From Phycisphaerae bacterium (GTDB lineage: Bacteria; Planctomycetota; Phycisphaerae; UBA1845): a stretch of DNA of 64,000 bases. Below the pieces are notes generated by a model. That model was not told where the DNA came from, searched no databases, and saw only the letters and a list, made by a program, of their open reading frames with translations. Below are positions 11,064 to 21,993 of the stretch, one piece after another. Numbering within the stretch: position 1 is the stretch's first letter; each line of letters opens with the position of its first letter. Both the position numbers and the translations under genes were made by a program. Location of the stretch: positions 224,001 to 288,000 of the forward strand of contig CAXXGO010000001.1 in assembly GCA_963666835.2 (NCBI GenBank), in the 5' to 3' direction.

Positions 11064-12032
11064 ATGGCAAGAACTACAAGCCTGTTGCTCGTGCTGATTC
11101 TGGCGGCCTCCCTGGCGAACGCCGGGACCGTAACGCTTGAACCTGCGGTCGTCACCGTGGACCCGGGACAGCCGGCCGAGTATACGGTTACGGTGACCGC
11201 TGCCGAACAGGCCGAGTTTACCACCCTGGACTTGCTCTTTAGCTCCGATCGGGCGGACTTGGTCCTGTCCTTCACGTACAACGACGATTTCGCCGACGGC
11301 CTCACCCTTCCCGATCCGGTTTCGCTGGGGACTTTCGCGAGCGACCTCTATGTCGGAGGAGTGAATCCCGATTCCTGGCAGACCGGCGCGATCGTCGGAG
11401 TATTACGTATCGACACCACCGGGTTGGCTTCGGGTACCTACGATGACGTAATCGGAGCCCGGCCGGACGCCGAGGAGACCGCCTTGGGGGGCGCCGTCAG
11501 CCAGATCAGCGCCGGCACGACCGAAACCACGGAACAACTCGCCGGCACTGCCGGTCTGGTGATTACAGGAACGGTCTTGGACACGGACGGTGACGGAGTT
11601 GAGGACATCAACGATGCCTTCCCCGAAGATGCCTCGGAGACGACGGACACCGACGGCGATTCGATCGGCGATAACAGCGACGCGTTCCCCGAAGACGCCT
11701 CGGAGGATACCGACACGGACGACGACGGCATCGGCGATAATGCCGACGACAACGACGACAACGACGAGGCCTTGGATGTCGACGACGACTTCCCGCTCGA
11801 CCCGGCCGAGACCACCGACACCGACGGCGACGGAGTGGGCGATAACGCGGACGCCTTCCCGGAAGACTCCACCGAGACCGTGGACTCCGACAGGGACGGC
11901 ATCGGCGACAACGCCGATGTTGATGATACCGTCAGCGTCGTCACGCCCCCATGCGCCGCGGGCATGCTGGGCTGTTTTTTAGCCACCCTTGCGGGTCTGT
12001 CCACCCTGCGACTGCGCCGCCGAAAAGCGTAG
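11064..12032 (+). CDS. Secreted surface protein: cohesin-like beta domain, Asp-rich TSP3-like Ca-binding repeats and a Cys-TM-basic C-terminal anchor
   Basis: Signal peptide (ANA|G), RBS ggagg, ~23-aa DTDGDGxGDNxDAFP repeats, C-terminus PPCAAGMLG...RLRRRKA. Confidence 0.75.
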   Translation: MARTTSLLLVLILAASLANAGTVTLEPAVVTVDPGQPAEYTVTVTAAEQAEFTTLDLLFSSDRADLVLSFTYNDDFADGLTLPDPVSLGTFASDLYVGGVNPDSWQTGAIVGVLRIDTTGLASGTYDDVIGARPDAEETALGGAVSQISAGTTETTEQLAGTAGLVITGTVLDTDGDGVEDINDAFPEDASETTDTDGDSIGDNSDAFPEDASEDTDTDDDGIGDNADDNDDNDEALDVDDDFPLDPAETTDTDGDGVGDNADAFPEDSTETVDSDRDGIGDNADVDDTVSVVTPPCAAGMLGCFLATLAGLSTLRLRRRKA

Positions 12033-12058
12033 GGCACGGTCGAGGAACGAGACCTGCC
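12029..12058 (+). repeat. GTAG-type REP element (family A); overlaps the stop codon of the upstream gene
   Basis: gtagggcacggtcgaggaacgagacctgcc, which recurs at least 8 more times in the window. Confidence 0.75.
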
Positions 12059-12169
12059 ACGAACTGCCCGCGAGCCCGGTTCTTCGCACGACCCGCGCCC
12101 TTGTGGGCACACCATGGCCACGCAAGCGTGCCACCCGTCGGTGCAGTTGCGTTGTCACATAGCGCCCCG

Positions 12170-15100
12170 TTAGTAGATCGGCGTGATCTCCCAGATAGAG
12201 CCCTCGAACCGGGAGGTCGGCTGGGCGCAGATCTCCTCGTCACTCTTGTCGTTATTCTCAGGGTTGCCCGAAGCTGATCCACCGGTAAGAGCGACCTTAA
12301 AGACGCTCTCCGTTTCCTCGCAGGAGGCGTCTTCCGCCCAAGGAGGTCCGGTGTCGGAATGTGACGTCCCGTACCAGAGAGTGTCATTAAATCCGTACCC
12401 TTCCAGTTGGTATTGCGTTGGCGCCGGCTCCGTCGTGACCTTATCAAACTCCACGTACACTCGGTAACGGTAGTGATACGTGTCGTAGTCGCGTGCTATC
12501 ACCTCACAAACGAGGGTGCCGAAGTAGGTGGAGGCGTCGCGTTCTCTGAACGTCACGGAGGCACTGCCACTCTCGCCGCTCTCGATCTCGGTCGCAGTGA
12601 CCGTGGCCACGCCGCCTTCGGACACCGTTACGGTAACGCTAGCCGTGCCCGATGAATCCGTGGTGACCGGATCCGTACTCCCCAGCGTTCCCATGGTTGT
12701 CGCGAACTGGATCTCTCGGTCGGCGACGACATCGCCGGTAGGCTCGGTCTCGTCGTCGTCCTGCCAGTATCTCACGGTAGCCGTGATCTCCGCACTGCCC
12801 TCTTGACCCGCGTCGAGAGAAACCGTTTCGGCACTCGCTTCGACGACTACACCGACCGGGGGCACGCCGAAACGAACACTCGCAGCGTTCGACTCGACCA
12901 AGTCTTCACTCACGAAAGCCATCAAACCGGCAACGCCCTCAGCCGTGCTGGCTAGCTCGACCGTGGCAATACCATCAGCGTCGCTTACTGCCCGGCTGAA
13001 ACCAACAAACGCGCCCAGGCTTGTGTCGAAATCAACCCGCTTGTCGGGCACCGGATCGCCCGTCGGCTCCAGCAGATCGTCCGCCGTGAGCCTCTTAAGC
13101 GTTGCCGTCACGACGGCAGTGGATGTGCCGTCGGCCAGCACAATGGAAGGGCTGACCTCGAGGATAATCCCGTAGTCGAAGAAGTCGAGGGCTACATCGT
13201 TCTCGCCGCACTCGATCGTGCGTACTACCGTCTTTGTGCCCTGTTCCTGCCCCACGCCGTTCTCGGCCGTGGCGGTAAACGTAACTTCAGTCCCGACGCG
13301 GAAGCCCACAATCGTCGCCGTCGAGCCCGGAGCATACTCCACAACAGCCGGTACGGTGAGGTCCGAATCCTCAAACTCCGTCTCCACCAGTACGTTGGTA
13401 CTGTCGACCGGAACCTCATCGGAGTGCACCGTCACCCAGCCGAAGCACAGAGCCACATCGTTGTCGCCGCAATCCAGGGATGCAGTCTGCTCGGACAAAC
13501 CGATGATCTCACCATCCGCATCCTGGGCTCGGGCCGTGAACGTCAAGTCGGAAGCCGGCAGATCATCAAGAACCACCGTCTGGTCGGGAGCCGTAGTGAA
13601 GGGCTCCGGCGCGACGGCACCGCTGATTGCATCGGAATACTCCAGGTCGACAAGAACCTCACTCACGGTTACGCCGGTCTGCGGATACTCGTCGACCGTC
13701 ACACTCGCCGAAGCCTGGCAAAACTCCATCGAGACCTCGTTCAGGCCCGCCAGCAGTTGCACGGTCTCCCGCCCGGTGGCCAAGGTATCGCCCGCTTCGT
13801 TAACGGCGATCAGATCGAACTGAACCTCGTCGGGCACCAGATCGTCGAACTGCACGGTTCCACCGGACGACGAGACGGTTTCGCTATGACTGTCATTCGA
13901 ATCGTAGCTATCTGCGGTGTAGCTCAGTTCGAGGGTAATCTCGGCCGTACCTTCCGGAGCCCCAGAGGTGTCCACAGTAACCTCCGCCCACGCCGGCATG
14001 TACAGCGGCCTGCGGGGATATAGGTCCAAACCGCAGGTACCGTCGGGGCAGGACGGCAGCGCGGCGAAGGCATCGGAATCGGAATGTGCCGGGTCGGAGG
14101 CCAGCATAAGCTGTAGCACCTCGAGCAACGCCGTATCGACCTGGGCCCAGGTGGGCTGTCCTTCCCAGCCGAAGAAATCGCCGCTGTTATTCTGCACGAA
14201 CGCGTATCTCGCGGCCCAGCTATAGGCGCCGCCCACATAGACAATGCCATCTTTGACGCTGCTCATCTCCTCGGCGAGCAGGTCCTGCCGCATGTACAGA
14301 TCGGAGCGATCTTGCAGATCCTCCTGCGTGTATATGACGGAGATGAGCTTGCCCTGATAGTACCAGTGATCGTAAATGGGGTCGTAGTCGACTGCGTCCG
14401 CCAGCTGGGTCTGTATCTTCTCCTCACCGACGCCGGCCTTCCAAAACGCATCGCCGGAAAGCGGAGGGGGAGGCCCCTCATAAGCATGCGACAGGATGTC
14501 CGAGCCACACAGGATGTAGTAATACTCATCAGTTGTCGTCGCCTGTCGGGTATCCGAACTCGTCTTCCATCTCGCATCAGAGTTGAGGACCGGTGGGGGG
14601 ATCACCGGCGGCAGGTCGGAAACATCCCCAAGAGGAACACCGTACAGGCCATGAGCCAGGATGATGATGATGCCGTACTCCTCCAAGTCCAGCAGGTGGT
14701 TCGGCTCCGGTTCCCAACTCGTGACCTTGGCCTGCAGCGCTTGCCCGGCAAGGACCGCCGATTGCTTCGACGAAGTATCATTGCCGGTAAATATCGCTAT
14801 CGGATCGTCGCCTTCGAACAGCGCAGGAGGATTGTACATGGAGTTGTGACGCATCACCTCGTCGAGTTTGGTGTCCGTGTCCCAACCCCTGCGGGCAAAG
14901 AGTATCTCTGCCGCAGTCATATGACCAATCGTGTCCGCGGCCAGCGAGGAGGCAGGATTGAGCAACAGAATCCGCGTCTCGTCCGGAATCCTCGCCGAGC
15001 TAATGGTATGGGATCTCGGCATTGTCTTCGCTGGTGACGGATCGGCGACGCTCTTGGCCGAGGCCGATTCGAGCAGCCCTTCCAGGTCGATGTCACCCGC

Positions 15101-15451
15101 CCCTTCCGCCAGAGCGCCGAAATCCGCCGTCACCAGCGCGCCGAAGGTGCCCCGCTCGAACTGGATGAAGATGGTCGAGCCATCCTCAAAGAGCCTCGCG
15201 GCCGCGATGCCGGGCGTGTCGTCGTTCAAAGCGTTGACCAGCGTGGTTCGCGCTTCCTCGGCAGATAGCGTTTCCTTCAGGGAGTTGTACTCCGTGCGGG
15301 CGTCAACCAAAACCGCGTACTCCGCCTCCGTCAGGCCCGCACCACCATCCGTGCCCCCCGTACCGGGATCGACAGCGCAACCGGTCATCACCGCGGCCGC
15401 CACGGCTACCGACAATACCAACAAGAACAACCTGCTTACATACGGGTGCAT
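12170..15451 (-). CDS. Large lipoprotein with C-terminal invasin/Big_1-like Ig domains
   Basis: Lipobox-like MTG|C after a hydrophobic stretch; ADGTSTAVVTATL...V.F.TSLG...TD..G.A.V repeats; RBS aggat. Start at ATG 15451. Confidence 0.75.
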   Translation of the reverse strand: MHPYVSRLFLLVLSVAVAAAVMTGCAVDPGTGGTDGGAGLTEAEYAVLVDARTEYNSLKETLSAEEARTTLVNALNDDTPGIAAARLFEDGSTIFIQFERGTFGALVTADFGALAEGAGDIDLEGLLESASAKSVADPSPAKTMPRSHTISSARIPDETRILLLNPASSLAADTIGHMTAAEILFARRGWDTDTKLDEVMRHNSMYNPPALFEGDDPIAIFTGNDTSSKQSAVLAGQALQAKVTSWEPEPNHLLDLEEYGIIIILAHGLYGVPLGDVSDLPPVIPPPVLNSDARWKTSSDTRQATTTDEYYYILCGSDILSHAYEGPPPPLSGDAFWKAGVGEEKIQTQLADAVDYDPIYDHWYYQGKLISVIYTQEDLQDRSDLYMRQDLLAEEMSSVKDGIVYVGGAYSWAARYAFVQNNSGDFFGWEGQPTWAQVDTALLEVLQLMLASDPAHSDSDAFAALPSCPDGTCGLDLYPRRPLYMPAWAEVTVDTSGAPEGTAEITLELSYTADSYDSNDSHSETVSSSGGTVQFDDLVPDEVQFDLIAVNEAGDTLATGRETVQLLAGLNEVSMEFCQASASVTVDEYPQTGVTVSEVLVDLEYSDAISGAVAPEPFTTAPDQTVVLDDLPASDLTFTARAQDADGEIIGLSEQTASLDCGDNDVALCFGWVTVHSDEVPVDSTNVLVETEFEDSDLTVPAVVEYAPGSTATIVGFRVGTEVTFTATAENGVGQEQGTKTVVRTIECGENDVALDFFDYGIILEVSPSIVLADGTSTAVVTATLKRLTADDLLEPTGDPVPDKRVDFDTSLGAFVGFSRAVSDADGIATVELASTAEGVAGLMAFVSEDLVESNAASVRFGVPPVGVVVEASAETVSLDAGQEGSAEITATVRYWQDDDETEPTGDVVADREIQFATTMGTLGSTDPVTTDSSGTASVTVTVSEGGVATVTATEIESGESGSASVTFRERDASTYFGTLVCEVIARDYDTYHYRYRVYVEFDKVTTEPAPTQYQLEGYGFNDTLWYGTSHSDTGPPWAEDASCEETESVFKVALTGGSASGNPENNDKSDEEICAQPTSRFEGSIWEITPIY

Positions 15452-15789
15452 AGTAATCCTCCGATGGTCACATTCGTCTACGGGGAAACGGGACCGGTTC
15501 ATACGCCGTGCTCTGGCGGTCTACGCGTCGATAAGATGCTAAATGCCGACCGATTGTCGGATGAGGCCGCACCCCGAATGCCGCCTCTGCTCTGACACTG
15601 TACGATCTTCCACTCCGTCTGCAAGCCTGCCGTGCCGACTCGTGCCTCGACCGACCTCCAGACCTCGGAAGAAAGACGCAATCCCGCCATCATTCGCCCC
15701 GGCGCAGCCCAACGCCCCGCGCGCGAAGCCACTGGGCACCAGCCTGACTTCGTAACGGTCGCAGCGCAGAGTAGTGCCGGCGTGTGTTG

Positions 15790-16490
15790 ACCAGCATGGA
15801 GGAACGAGACCCGCCACGACTTCTGCCCAACCCGCCCCTCCGTAGGGCACAGCTTTGTAAGGCACGGTCGAGGAACGAGACCTGCCGCAACGGCGCGCAT
15901 TGTCCAAAGCCATGTCAAGGGAGCAACGTCGTTCCGTGCGTTGCGCCAGCTGCTGCAAGATGCCTGCGCTACGTGAAGGCGGCCTCCACGGCTGAAGCCT
16001 TGGGCCACCCGTCCGTCAAGGCAGCAGTGGTTCGAGTTGCACGAATATGTGCCACCCCTGTGGCTCGCGTTGCACGTCGGCCCCAGCCCCGTCGGGCGAA
16101 ACTCAAATGCCCCAAGAGGTCCCGGTGGTCGCCAACGTGCTTCCCGTATGATGTTGAATCACCGGTGTCCGATCCAAACCTCGACGCTCTCTGCCGCCCC
16201 CGAGGGGGCTTGGCGCGAACCGCATGATCAATCCCCCAGGCTTACGCCGTGGGGCTACATGCCTGCGTCCCTTCGGGACGATACGCCGGCAACGGCGGAG
16301 CGCGCAATCAGTACCGCAAGCGTCAGCGCCCGGCTTTCGCCAGCGGAGTGCCGAAGATCCGGCACACTACAGCCACTCCCTGACGGTCGCGGTACTGATG
16401 CGAGGCGACTCGTTGTCACACCGTGGAGTGGGCGATGCCCACGGGTTCCAATGCGCTCCACCCGCGGCTACATGCCTTGGTCCCCCTGAG
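15790..16490. repeat. Mosaic of REP-like palindromic elements (BIME-like intergenic region)
   Basis: Family A copy at 15857-15886, ccccaggcttacgccgtgggg at ~16233, and the inverted pair atcagtaccgcaagcgtcag / ctgacggtcgcggtactgat at ~16307-16399. All recur at 36.6-40.8 kb. Confidence 0.65.
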
Positions 16491-16554
16491 GCGATACCGG
16501 CAGACCTGCCACGAGTGACGACATGAGCGCGACACTGCACGCAACGACGTGCCG

Positions 16555-17604
16555 TTACGGTGTCGCGCCGGCGGCGATCAGGTTGCCGTGGTCCGGGCGG
16601 CGGGTGACGTCAGGCCAGGCGACGTTGGGGTCGTACCACTTGTCCACCACCGCCTCGAACCCCTCGGGACCGACCGCGGCCACGAAGGCGTCGCGAACCT
16701 GCAGAGCGCAGGGGTGGTGCTCGGCGTATTTGATTCCAAACTTACGCATCATCCGAGCCGCGTGCCGGCCGCCGTAGGCCTCGACCGCAGCCGCCCAATG
16801 CATCGTGAGAGCCTCGCGCTGCTGCGCAATCGACGGCGGCGCCGGCAACGGATCACCCTTGAGAAGTGCCCGGCATTCTTGAAAAATCCACGGGTTACCG
16901 ATACACCCGCGGGCGATACTGACCCCGTCCACCCCCGTCTCTTGCATCATTCGCAGGCAGGCCGTCGCACTGAACAGATCCCCACTCCCGAGGATGACCC
17001 GATCGCCGACATGCCGCTTCACCTTCGACAAGAACAACCACTCGCTCGGCCCGACGTAGCGCTGGCGAACCGTACGCCCGTGTACCGTCGCGGCCGCGAT
17101 GCCGAGTTCAAAAGCCCCGTCGAGAATCTGAAAAAACGCCCGTTCGCTCTCGGCCGTGTCGTCGAGTCCGCGGCGCATCTTCACGGTAACCGGGTGTGTG
17201 GTACCCACCGCATCGATTACCCGGCGAACGATCTCCAAGGCCGTGTTCGGTTGAGACAGAAGGAACCCGCCGCGGCAGCGCCCGAGCACTTTGCGCACCG
17301 GGCAGCCGAAGTTCAGGTCGAGCAGATCGTACCCGGCTTGGGCGAGGTCACGGGCGGCCGGTCCGAAGTCTTCGGGGTGGGCACCCATCAACTGCACGCC
17401 GATGGGATGATCGTCGTCGGCTACTTCTAAGATCTTGCGCCGGGTCTTACCGCGTTGCAGAACGAGCTTATCGAGTACGACTTCGCTCAGGGTGAGCGCC
17501 GCCCCGAACCTCCGGGCAAGACGGCGCATGGGCAAATCGCTATAGCCGCTTAGAGCCGCCTGGACAAAGGGTACTTCGAGCTGGATCGGGCCGATCCGCA
17601 GCAT
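16555..17604 (-). CDS. dusB: tRNA-dihydrouridine synthase (DusB family)
   Basis: DLNFGCP, VTVKMRRG, TVHGRT, ARGCIGNPWIF. Confidence 0.9.
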   Translation of the reverse strand: MLRIGPIQLEVPFVQAALSGYSDLPMRRLARRFGAALTLSEVVLDKLVLQRGKTRRKILEVADDDHPIGVQLMGAHPEDFGPAARDLAQAGYDLLDLNFGCPVRKVLGRCRGGFLLSQPNTALEIVRRVIDAVGTTHPVTVKMRRGLDDTAESERAFFQILDGAFELGIAAATVHGRTVRQRYVGPSEWLFLSKVKRHVGDRVILGSGDLFSATACLRMMQETGVDGVSIARGCIGNPWIFQECRALLKGDPLPAPPSIAQQREALTMHWAAAVEAYGGRHAARMMRKFGIKYAEHHPCALQVRDAFVAAVGPEGFEAVVDKWYDPNVAWPDVTRRPDHGNLIAAGATP

Positions 17605-17625
17605 GACCTCGACCGTGTATTCCGG

Positions 17626-19071
17626 TTAGAAAGAGCGCCGCTGGCGGGCGTTCAAAATTCCTAATTGCTGGCGATACTTCGCAACCGTGCGGCGGGAGAT
17701 CTCGATGCCCTCTTTTTTCAACAGCGCGGCAATCTGATCGTCATTGAACGGGCTCTTGGGGTCCTCGCCGTCGACCAACTCCCGCACGCGCACCTTGACT
17801 CGATCCCAACCCATGCTCTCGCCTTCTTCGTTTTCCGTACCGCCGGTGAAGAAGTAACGCAGCGGGAAGATCCCGCGCGGAGTCTGCATGTATTTCTCGG
17901 CGACCGTCCGGCTTACGGTGGAGGGATCGCACCCGAGTTCCACGGCCAGGTCACTCATGCGAAACACCTTCAGCCCCCGCGGTCCGACGTCGAAGAAGGC
18001 CCGCTGCCGCTCGACAATCGCCTTGGACACCTCGAGCAGCCGGCTTCGGCGGAAGTTGACCGCATCGATAAGCGCCGTAGCATCTTCGACCTGCTTGCGG
18101 GCGAAATCACGAGCTTCCTTCCCGTTGGCTTTCGATTTCGCGATCGTCATTACGTCCTTGCGAATGCACAGTTCCGGCATGTTCCCACGCGTCAAACGCA
18201 CGGTAAGCCCGCCGCCCGTCTCGGCATAGTCGATCACCACGTCGGGTCGAATCGTGGGCACGGTGCGGTCGCCCACCAAGAACCCCGGATGGAGGCACAA
18301 CATGGAACGCATCGCCCGGATCGCTTCGCTGATCTCCTCTACGGTATATCCCGTAGCTCTCGCCACAGCCGGTAGCCGGTTGTGCGTGATGTCGCTTAGA
18401 TGATGCTCGATCAATACGCGTTCGACTTCGTTATCTCCCGGTTGGGCGTCCAACTGCAAAAGCAGTGACTCGACCACGTCACGCGCACCGATACCGCGGG
18501 GCTCCAACCGATGCACCTCGGCCAAAGCGCGGTCCAGGCTCTCCAGCGTGAGCGGCGGACGGACGCGCTCTGCGAGATCCTGCATCGATACTCGCAGATA
18601 GCCGTCCGGATCGATGTTCGCGATTATCGTCTCTCCGGCTCGCTGGGTCTCTTCGTCCAAGTCGAGCAGAGCCCATTGCGCCAAGAGGTGATCGTGGAGA
18701 TTCGTCTCCCGTCCGGGCGTGTTGGCGATTGCGGCCATCTTCGGGTCACGCTCATCGCTCGAGACCGCGCGGCGCGCGGGAAACGGCCGGGCGTCGTTCA
18801 TGTCCAGATCGTAGTCACCGGAGAACCGATCCAGACGGGCAAAACTGTCCTCAACTTCGTTGGGGGGGCGTTGCTCCTCGTGGGCTTCGCTCTCGACCGG
18901 CTGCGGTTCTACGATCTCCAAAGCCGCGTTGCCCTCTAAGGCCTCGTTGATGCACGCCTCAAGATCCGCCACCGGTTTCTGCAGAATCGCCATGGACTGG
19001 ATGAGCTGCGGAGTGAGCCTCTGCTCCATCCGCATACCCTGCATCAGCGATTGTGACAGAAACTGGGACAT
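17626..19071 (-). CDS. rpoN: RNA polymerase sigma-54 factor
   Basis: Q-rich N-terminus, STVSR HTH, RpoN box SRRTVAKYR. Confidence 0.97.
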   Translation of the reverse strand: MSQFLSQSLMQGMRMEQRLTPQLIQSMAILQKPVADLEACINEALEGNAALEIVEPQPVESEAHEEQRPPNEVEDSFARLDRFSGDYDLDMNDARPFPARRAVSSDERDPKMAAIANTPGRETNLHDHLLAQWALLDLDEETQRAGETIIANIDPDGYLRVSMQDLAERVRPPLTLESLDRALAEVHRLEPRGIGARDVVESLLLQLDAQPGDNEVERVLIEHHLSDITHNRLPAVARATGYTVEEISEAIRAMRSMLCLHPGFLVGDRTVPTIRPDVVIDYAETGGGLTVRLTRGNMPELCIRKDVMTIAKSKANGKEARDFARKQVEDATALIDAVNFRRSRLLEVSKAIVERQRAFFDVGPRGLKVFRMSDLAVELGCDPSTVSRTVAEKYMQTPRGIFPLRYFFTGGTENEEGESMGWDRVKVRVRELVDGEDPKSPFNDDQIAALLKKEGIEISRRTVAKYRQQLGILNARQRRSF

Positions 19072-19293
19072 CGAATCCGATCTTCCCCTACCGGGTCGAA
19101 CAACTAATCCGCCGCGCTAGTCCGGGAAACCTCACCCCGGCTGCCGGCGCAGCCACCTTCACGACGATGGTTATAGGGCCCAGAACCACCTTGGCCTCCG
19201 TTCCATTATAGCATTACGCCGGTGATGTCACCCTGCGGAAAGCGCAATACCCCATATTACGGGCAGGTGTGTTTGCTGCAGGTGGGCCGTGCG

Positions 19294-19911
19294 TTACAGG
19301 GCGGACCGGCCGCGAATGGCCGACTCGAGCATCGCTACGGTGGCGTACTCGAGCTGCGAGCCGACGGCGAGTCCGCGCGCCGGTCGAGTAACAGTGACTC
19401 CGACTTCCCCCAGCATGCTGTGCAAATGCAGGGCGGTGCCGTCGCCGTCCAGGGTCGGATTGAGCGCCAGCACAACCTCGCGAACTTCCCCTTCCCGAAC
19501 CCGAGCGATCAGCGCGTCAATAGTCAGGTCCTCCGGCTCCACCCCGTCCAGCGGGGCGATGTGCCCCATCAGCACGTGATACACTCCACGGATAAGACCG
19601 GTTGCTTCCAGGGCGATTACGTCCTTGGGCTGTTCGACCACCCAGATCTCTCCGTGGTCGCGGCGCGGGTCGGCGCAGATCTCGCACGGATTCGTCTCCG
19701 TCAGGTTGAAACAGGTGCGACAATGAACGATCTTGTCTTTGACGTCGAGGATGGCCTGGGCCAAGCCGGCCGCATAATCTCGCGGCTCGCGCATGACGTG
19801 GAATGCCAGACGTTCGGCACTACGGGGACCGATCCCCGGCAGTTTCTGGAACTGCGCCTTGAGACGTCCCAGTGATTCGATCGGTTCGCCGCTCATCGTC
19901 TTCGAATCCAC
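19294..19911 (-). CDS. recR: Recombination mediator RecR
   Basis: LPGIGPRSAERLA, C4 zinc finger, Toprim domain with YHVLMG. Confidence 0.97.
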   Translation of the reverse strand: MDSKTMSGEPIESLGRLKAQFQKLPGIGPRSAERLAFHVMREPRDYAAGLAQAILDVKDKIVHCRTCFNLTETNPCEICADPRRDHGEIWVVEQPKDVIALEATGLIRGVYHVLMGHIAPLDGVEPEDLTIDALIARVREGEVREVVLALNPTLDGDGTALHLHSMLGEVGVTVTRPARGLAVGSQLEYATVAMLESAIRGRSAL

Positions 19912-19928
19912 TAAACTCCGTTACCGGC

Positions 19929-20267
19929 TCACTGTCCCCCGCCCATCATGTCAGTCAGCCCGGGGATGTTCATCCCCCCGGTCAGTGCAGCCATCTCCTG
20001 CTTCATTGCTTCCTGCGATTTCGCGGTCGCGGCGCCGACGGACGCCTTGACCAGATCTTCCAACAGCTCGACGTCCTTCACGGCCTCGGGGGCGATCTTG
20101 ACATCCACCAGCGTTCCTTTGCCATCCACCGTTGCGAGGACCATCCCGCCGCCGGCGTCGCCTTCATAACGCCGCTCGGCCAACTCCGCCTGGAGCTTCG
20201 CCATGTTGCCCTGCAGCTCCTTCGCCGATTTCATAAGCCCTGCCAAGTTGCCCAAACCGCCCAGCAT
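19929..20267 (-). CDS. ybaB: YbaB/EbfC nucleoid-associated protein
   Basis: AGGGMV and LLEDLV motifs; lies between dnaX and recR. Confidence 0.95.
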   Translation of the reverse strand: MLGGLGNLAGLMKSAKELQGNMAKLQAELAERRYEGDAGGGMVLATVDGKGTLVDVKIAPEAVKDVELLEDLVKASVGAATAKSQEAMKQEMAALTGGMNIPGLTDMMGGGQ

Positions 20268-20346
20268 GAGTTCTTCTCCATTTGCGGGTCCTTACTCTCG
20301 GCGGTCTCTTTCGCCGGGAACCAAGCTCCCGCGGTCAGATTAGTTC

Positions 20347-21801
20347 CTAGTCGTCTTCCTCTTGCCCGTCACTTTGGTCCGGAGCAGGCTGATCCGCCGA
20401 CTTCACCGGTCGAACATCGAACAGAGTTCCATCGACCGCCTCGCGGACTCGCTCGACCGTAGGGTCCCGCGCTGCCCGTTGCCAGTCTTTTGAACTGACG
20501 CCGGCCGCCGGAGCCTTGGACGTCGTCGGCTTCTTCGTAGCCTTGGTCTTCGCCGCCGGGGTCTCCTTCGCGAGAGTCGTTGCGGCCTCGAGGTTCTTCA
20601 CGGCACCCGTGGCGGCGGGTTCACCGGTGGCCTTGGGCGCCGGCGGCGCGCTTACCTCGCCCTCCGGATCATCAAGTTGTCGGAGCAGCTCGTTGATGTC
20701 GGTGAACTGCCGACTCATCGCCAGACGGACAACCGCCGCATCCGCCAGCGGTCGCGCCGCCCCGCTGAACTTGACGTTGCGCCGCAGTTCCTCGAGCAGC
20801 GTGATCATGTACACGTAAGTCGGAGCGTCAAACCGCTGAGCCTGGGCTGCGAGAAGCGGACGAAGCTGCGCGGACACATCCACCAAGTCCGTATCCTCCC
20901 CGCATACCTGCAACAACAGCAACGCCCGAATGTGCTCGATCAGATGATCGCAGAATCGCTCCACGGTCCGCCCGGTCTGCAACGCGGTGTCCAGCGCTCG
21001 CAGGGCGCCGGCCGCGTCTTGCCCGGCGATGCACTCCACCACAGCGGCCGCCAGTTCGTCGTGCGGAGGCGGGATCACCTCATCCGCCACCGCGCTGGTT
21101 ATGTTCTTAGACTCGTACGACAGGACCTTGTCCAATAGAGACAGGGCATCGCGCATCGAACCGTTGGCCAGCCGGGCAAGCCGCTTGAGAACCGAATCCT
21201 CCGCCTCAATCCCCTCGGTGTCGACGATCTTCCGCAGATGTTGGGCGATCGCTTCGGCATCGATCGCCCTAAAGTCAAACCTCTGACACCGGCTTTGGAT
21301 TGTGGCCGGGACCTTCTCGGCCTCCGTCGTTGCCAAGATGAACTTCACATGGGCGGGGGGCTCCTCCAGGGTCTTGAGCAAAGCATTGAACGCACCCGTG
21401 CTCAACATGTGAACTTCGTCGATGATGTAGACTTTGAACCGGGAGCGCGCCGGCCGCAGAGTGGCGTTGTTACGCAGCTCGCGGATGTTGTCGACCCCGG
21501 TATTGCTGGCCGCGTCGATCTCAACCACGTCCACGTCTTCGCCTTCGGCAATCGCCCGGCATGACTCGCAGGTTCCGCACGGAGTAGGAGTGGCGGCCTC
21601 AGCCGACAGGCAATTCAGCGCCTTGGCGAGAATCCGAGCCATCGAGGTCTTCCCGACCCCGCGCGTTCCCGTCATTAGATACCCGTGGTGGACCCGACCG
21701 GTGTTGATCGCGTTCGTTAACGTGGTCGCGATGGCCTCTTGACCCACAACCTCGTCAAACGTGCGGCTACGGTAGGTGCGGGCAAGAACGCGGTACGACA
21801 T
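20347..21801 (-). CDS. dnaX: DNA polymerase III subunit gamma/tau
   Basis: MSYRVLARTYRS, GTRGVGKT, IIDEVHML, LKTLEEPP, SRC. Start at ATG 21801. Confidence 0.97.
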   Translation of the reverse strand: MSYRVLARTYRSRTFDEVVGQEAIATTLTNAINTGRVHHGYLMTGTRGVGKTSMARILAKALNCLSAEAATPTPCGTCESCRAIAEGEDVDVVEIDAASNTGVDNIRELRNNATLRPARSRFKVYIIDEVHMLSTGAFNALLKTLEEPPAHVKFILATTEAEKVPATIQSRCQRFDFRAIDAEAIAQHLRKIVDTEGIEAEDSVLKRLARLANGSMRDALSLLDKVLSYESKNITSAVADEVIPPPHDELAAAVVECIAGQDAAGALRALDTALQTGRTVERFCDHLIEHIRALLLLQVCGEDTDLVDVSAQLRPLLAAQAQRFDAPTYVYMITLLEELRRNVKFSGAARPLADAAVVRLAMSRQFTDINELLRQLDDPEGEVSAPPAPKATGEPAATGAVKNLEAATTLAKETPAAKTKATKKPTTSKAPAAGVSSKDWQRAARDPTVERVREAVDGTLFDVRPVKSADQPAPDQSDGQEEDD

Positions 21802-21993
21802 CCGAATCCTGTTCTCCTGGGGCGGGTCGAGGCCAAACAACGCAATCTCCGCGCGCCTGGCACAGCCTCTCGCCCCCAAAAGGCGCCTCCCGGAGGTCTG
21901 GGGGGGGGATAAATTCCTCCCCGGCCTTCCTGTTCGTCCGGGCAATCGCCCGGCAGGTTCTGCGGTTGCAGGAATCCCCTCCAAGCGGGGCGT

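Noticed and set aside
15499..16526. Short ORFs in REP-rich regions (also 32700-33060, 36450-37290 and 39770-40720)
   Set aside because: Translations of palindromic repeats (recurrent VGHGRGTRP), with no protein-like features.
20347..21801. Programmed frameshift in dnaX
   Set aside because: No A-AAA-AAG-type slippery run seen. The 142-codon N-terminal extension in the ORF track overlaps ffs and is spurious.
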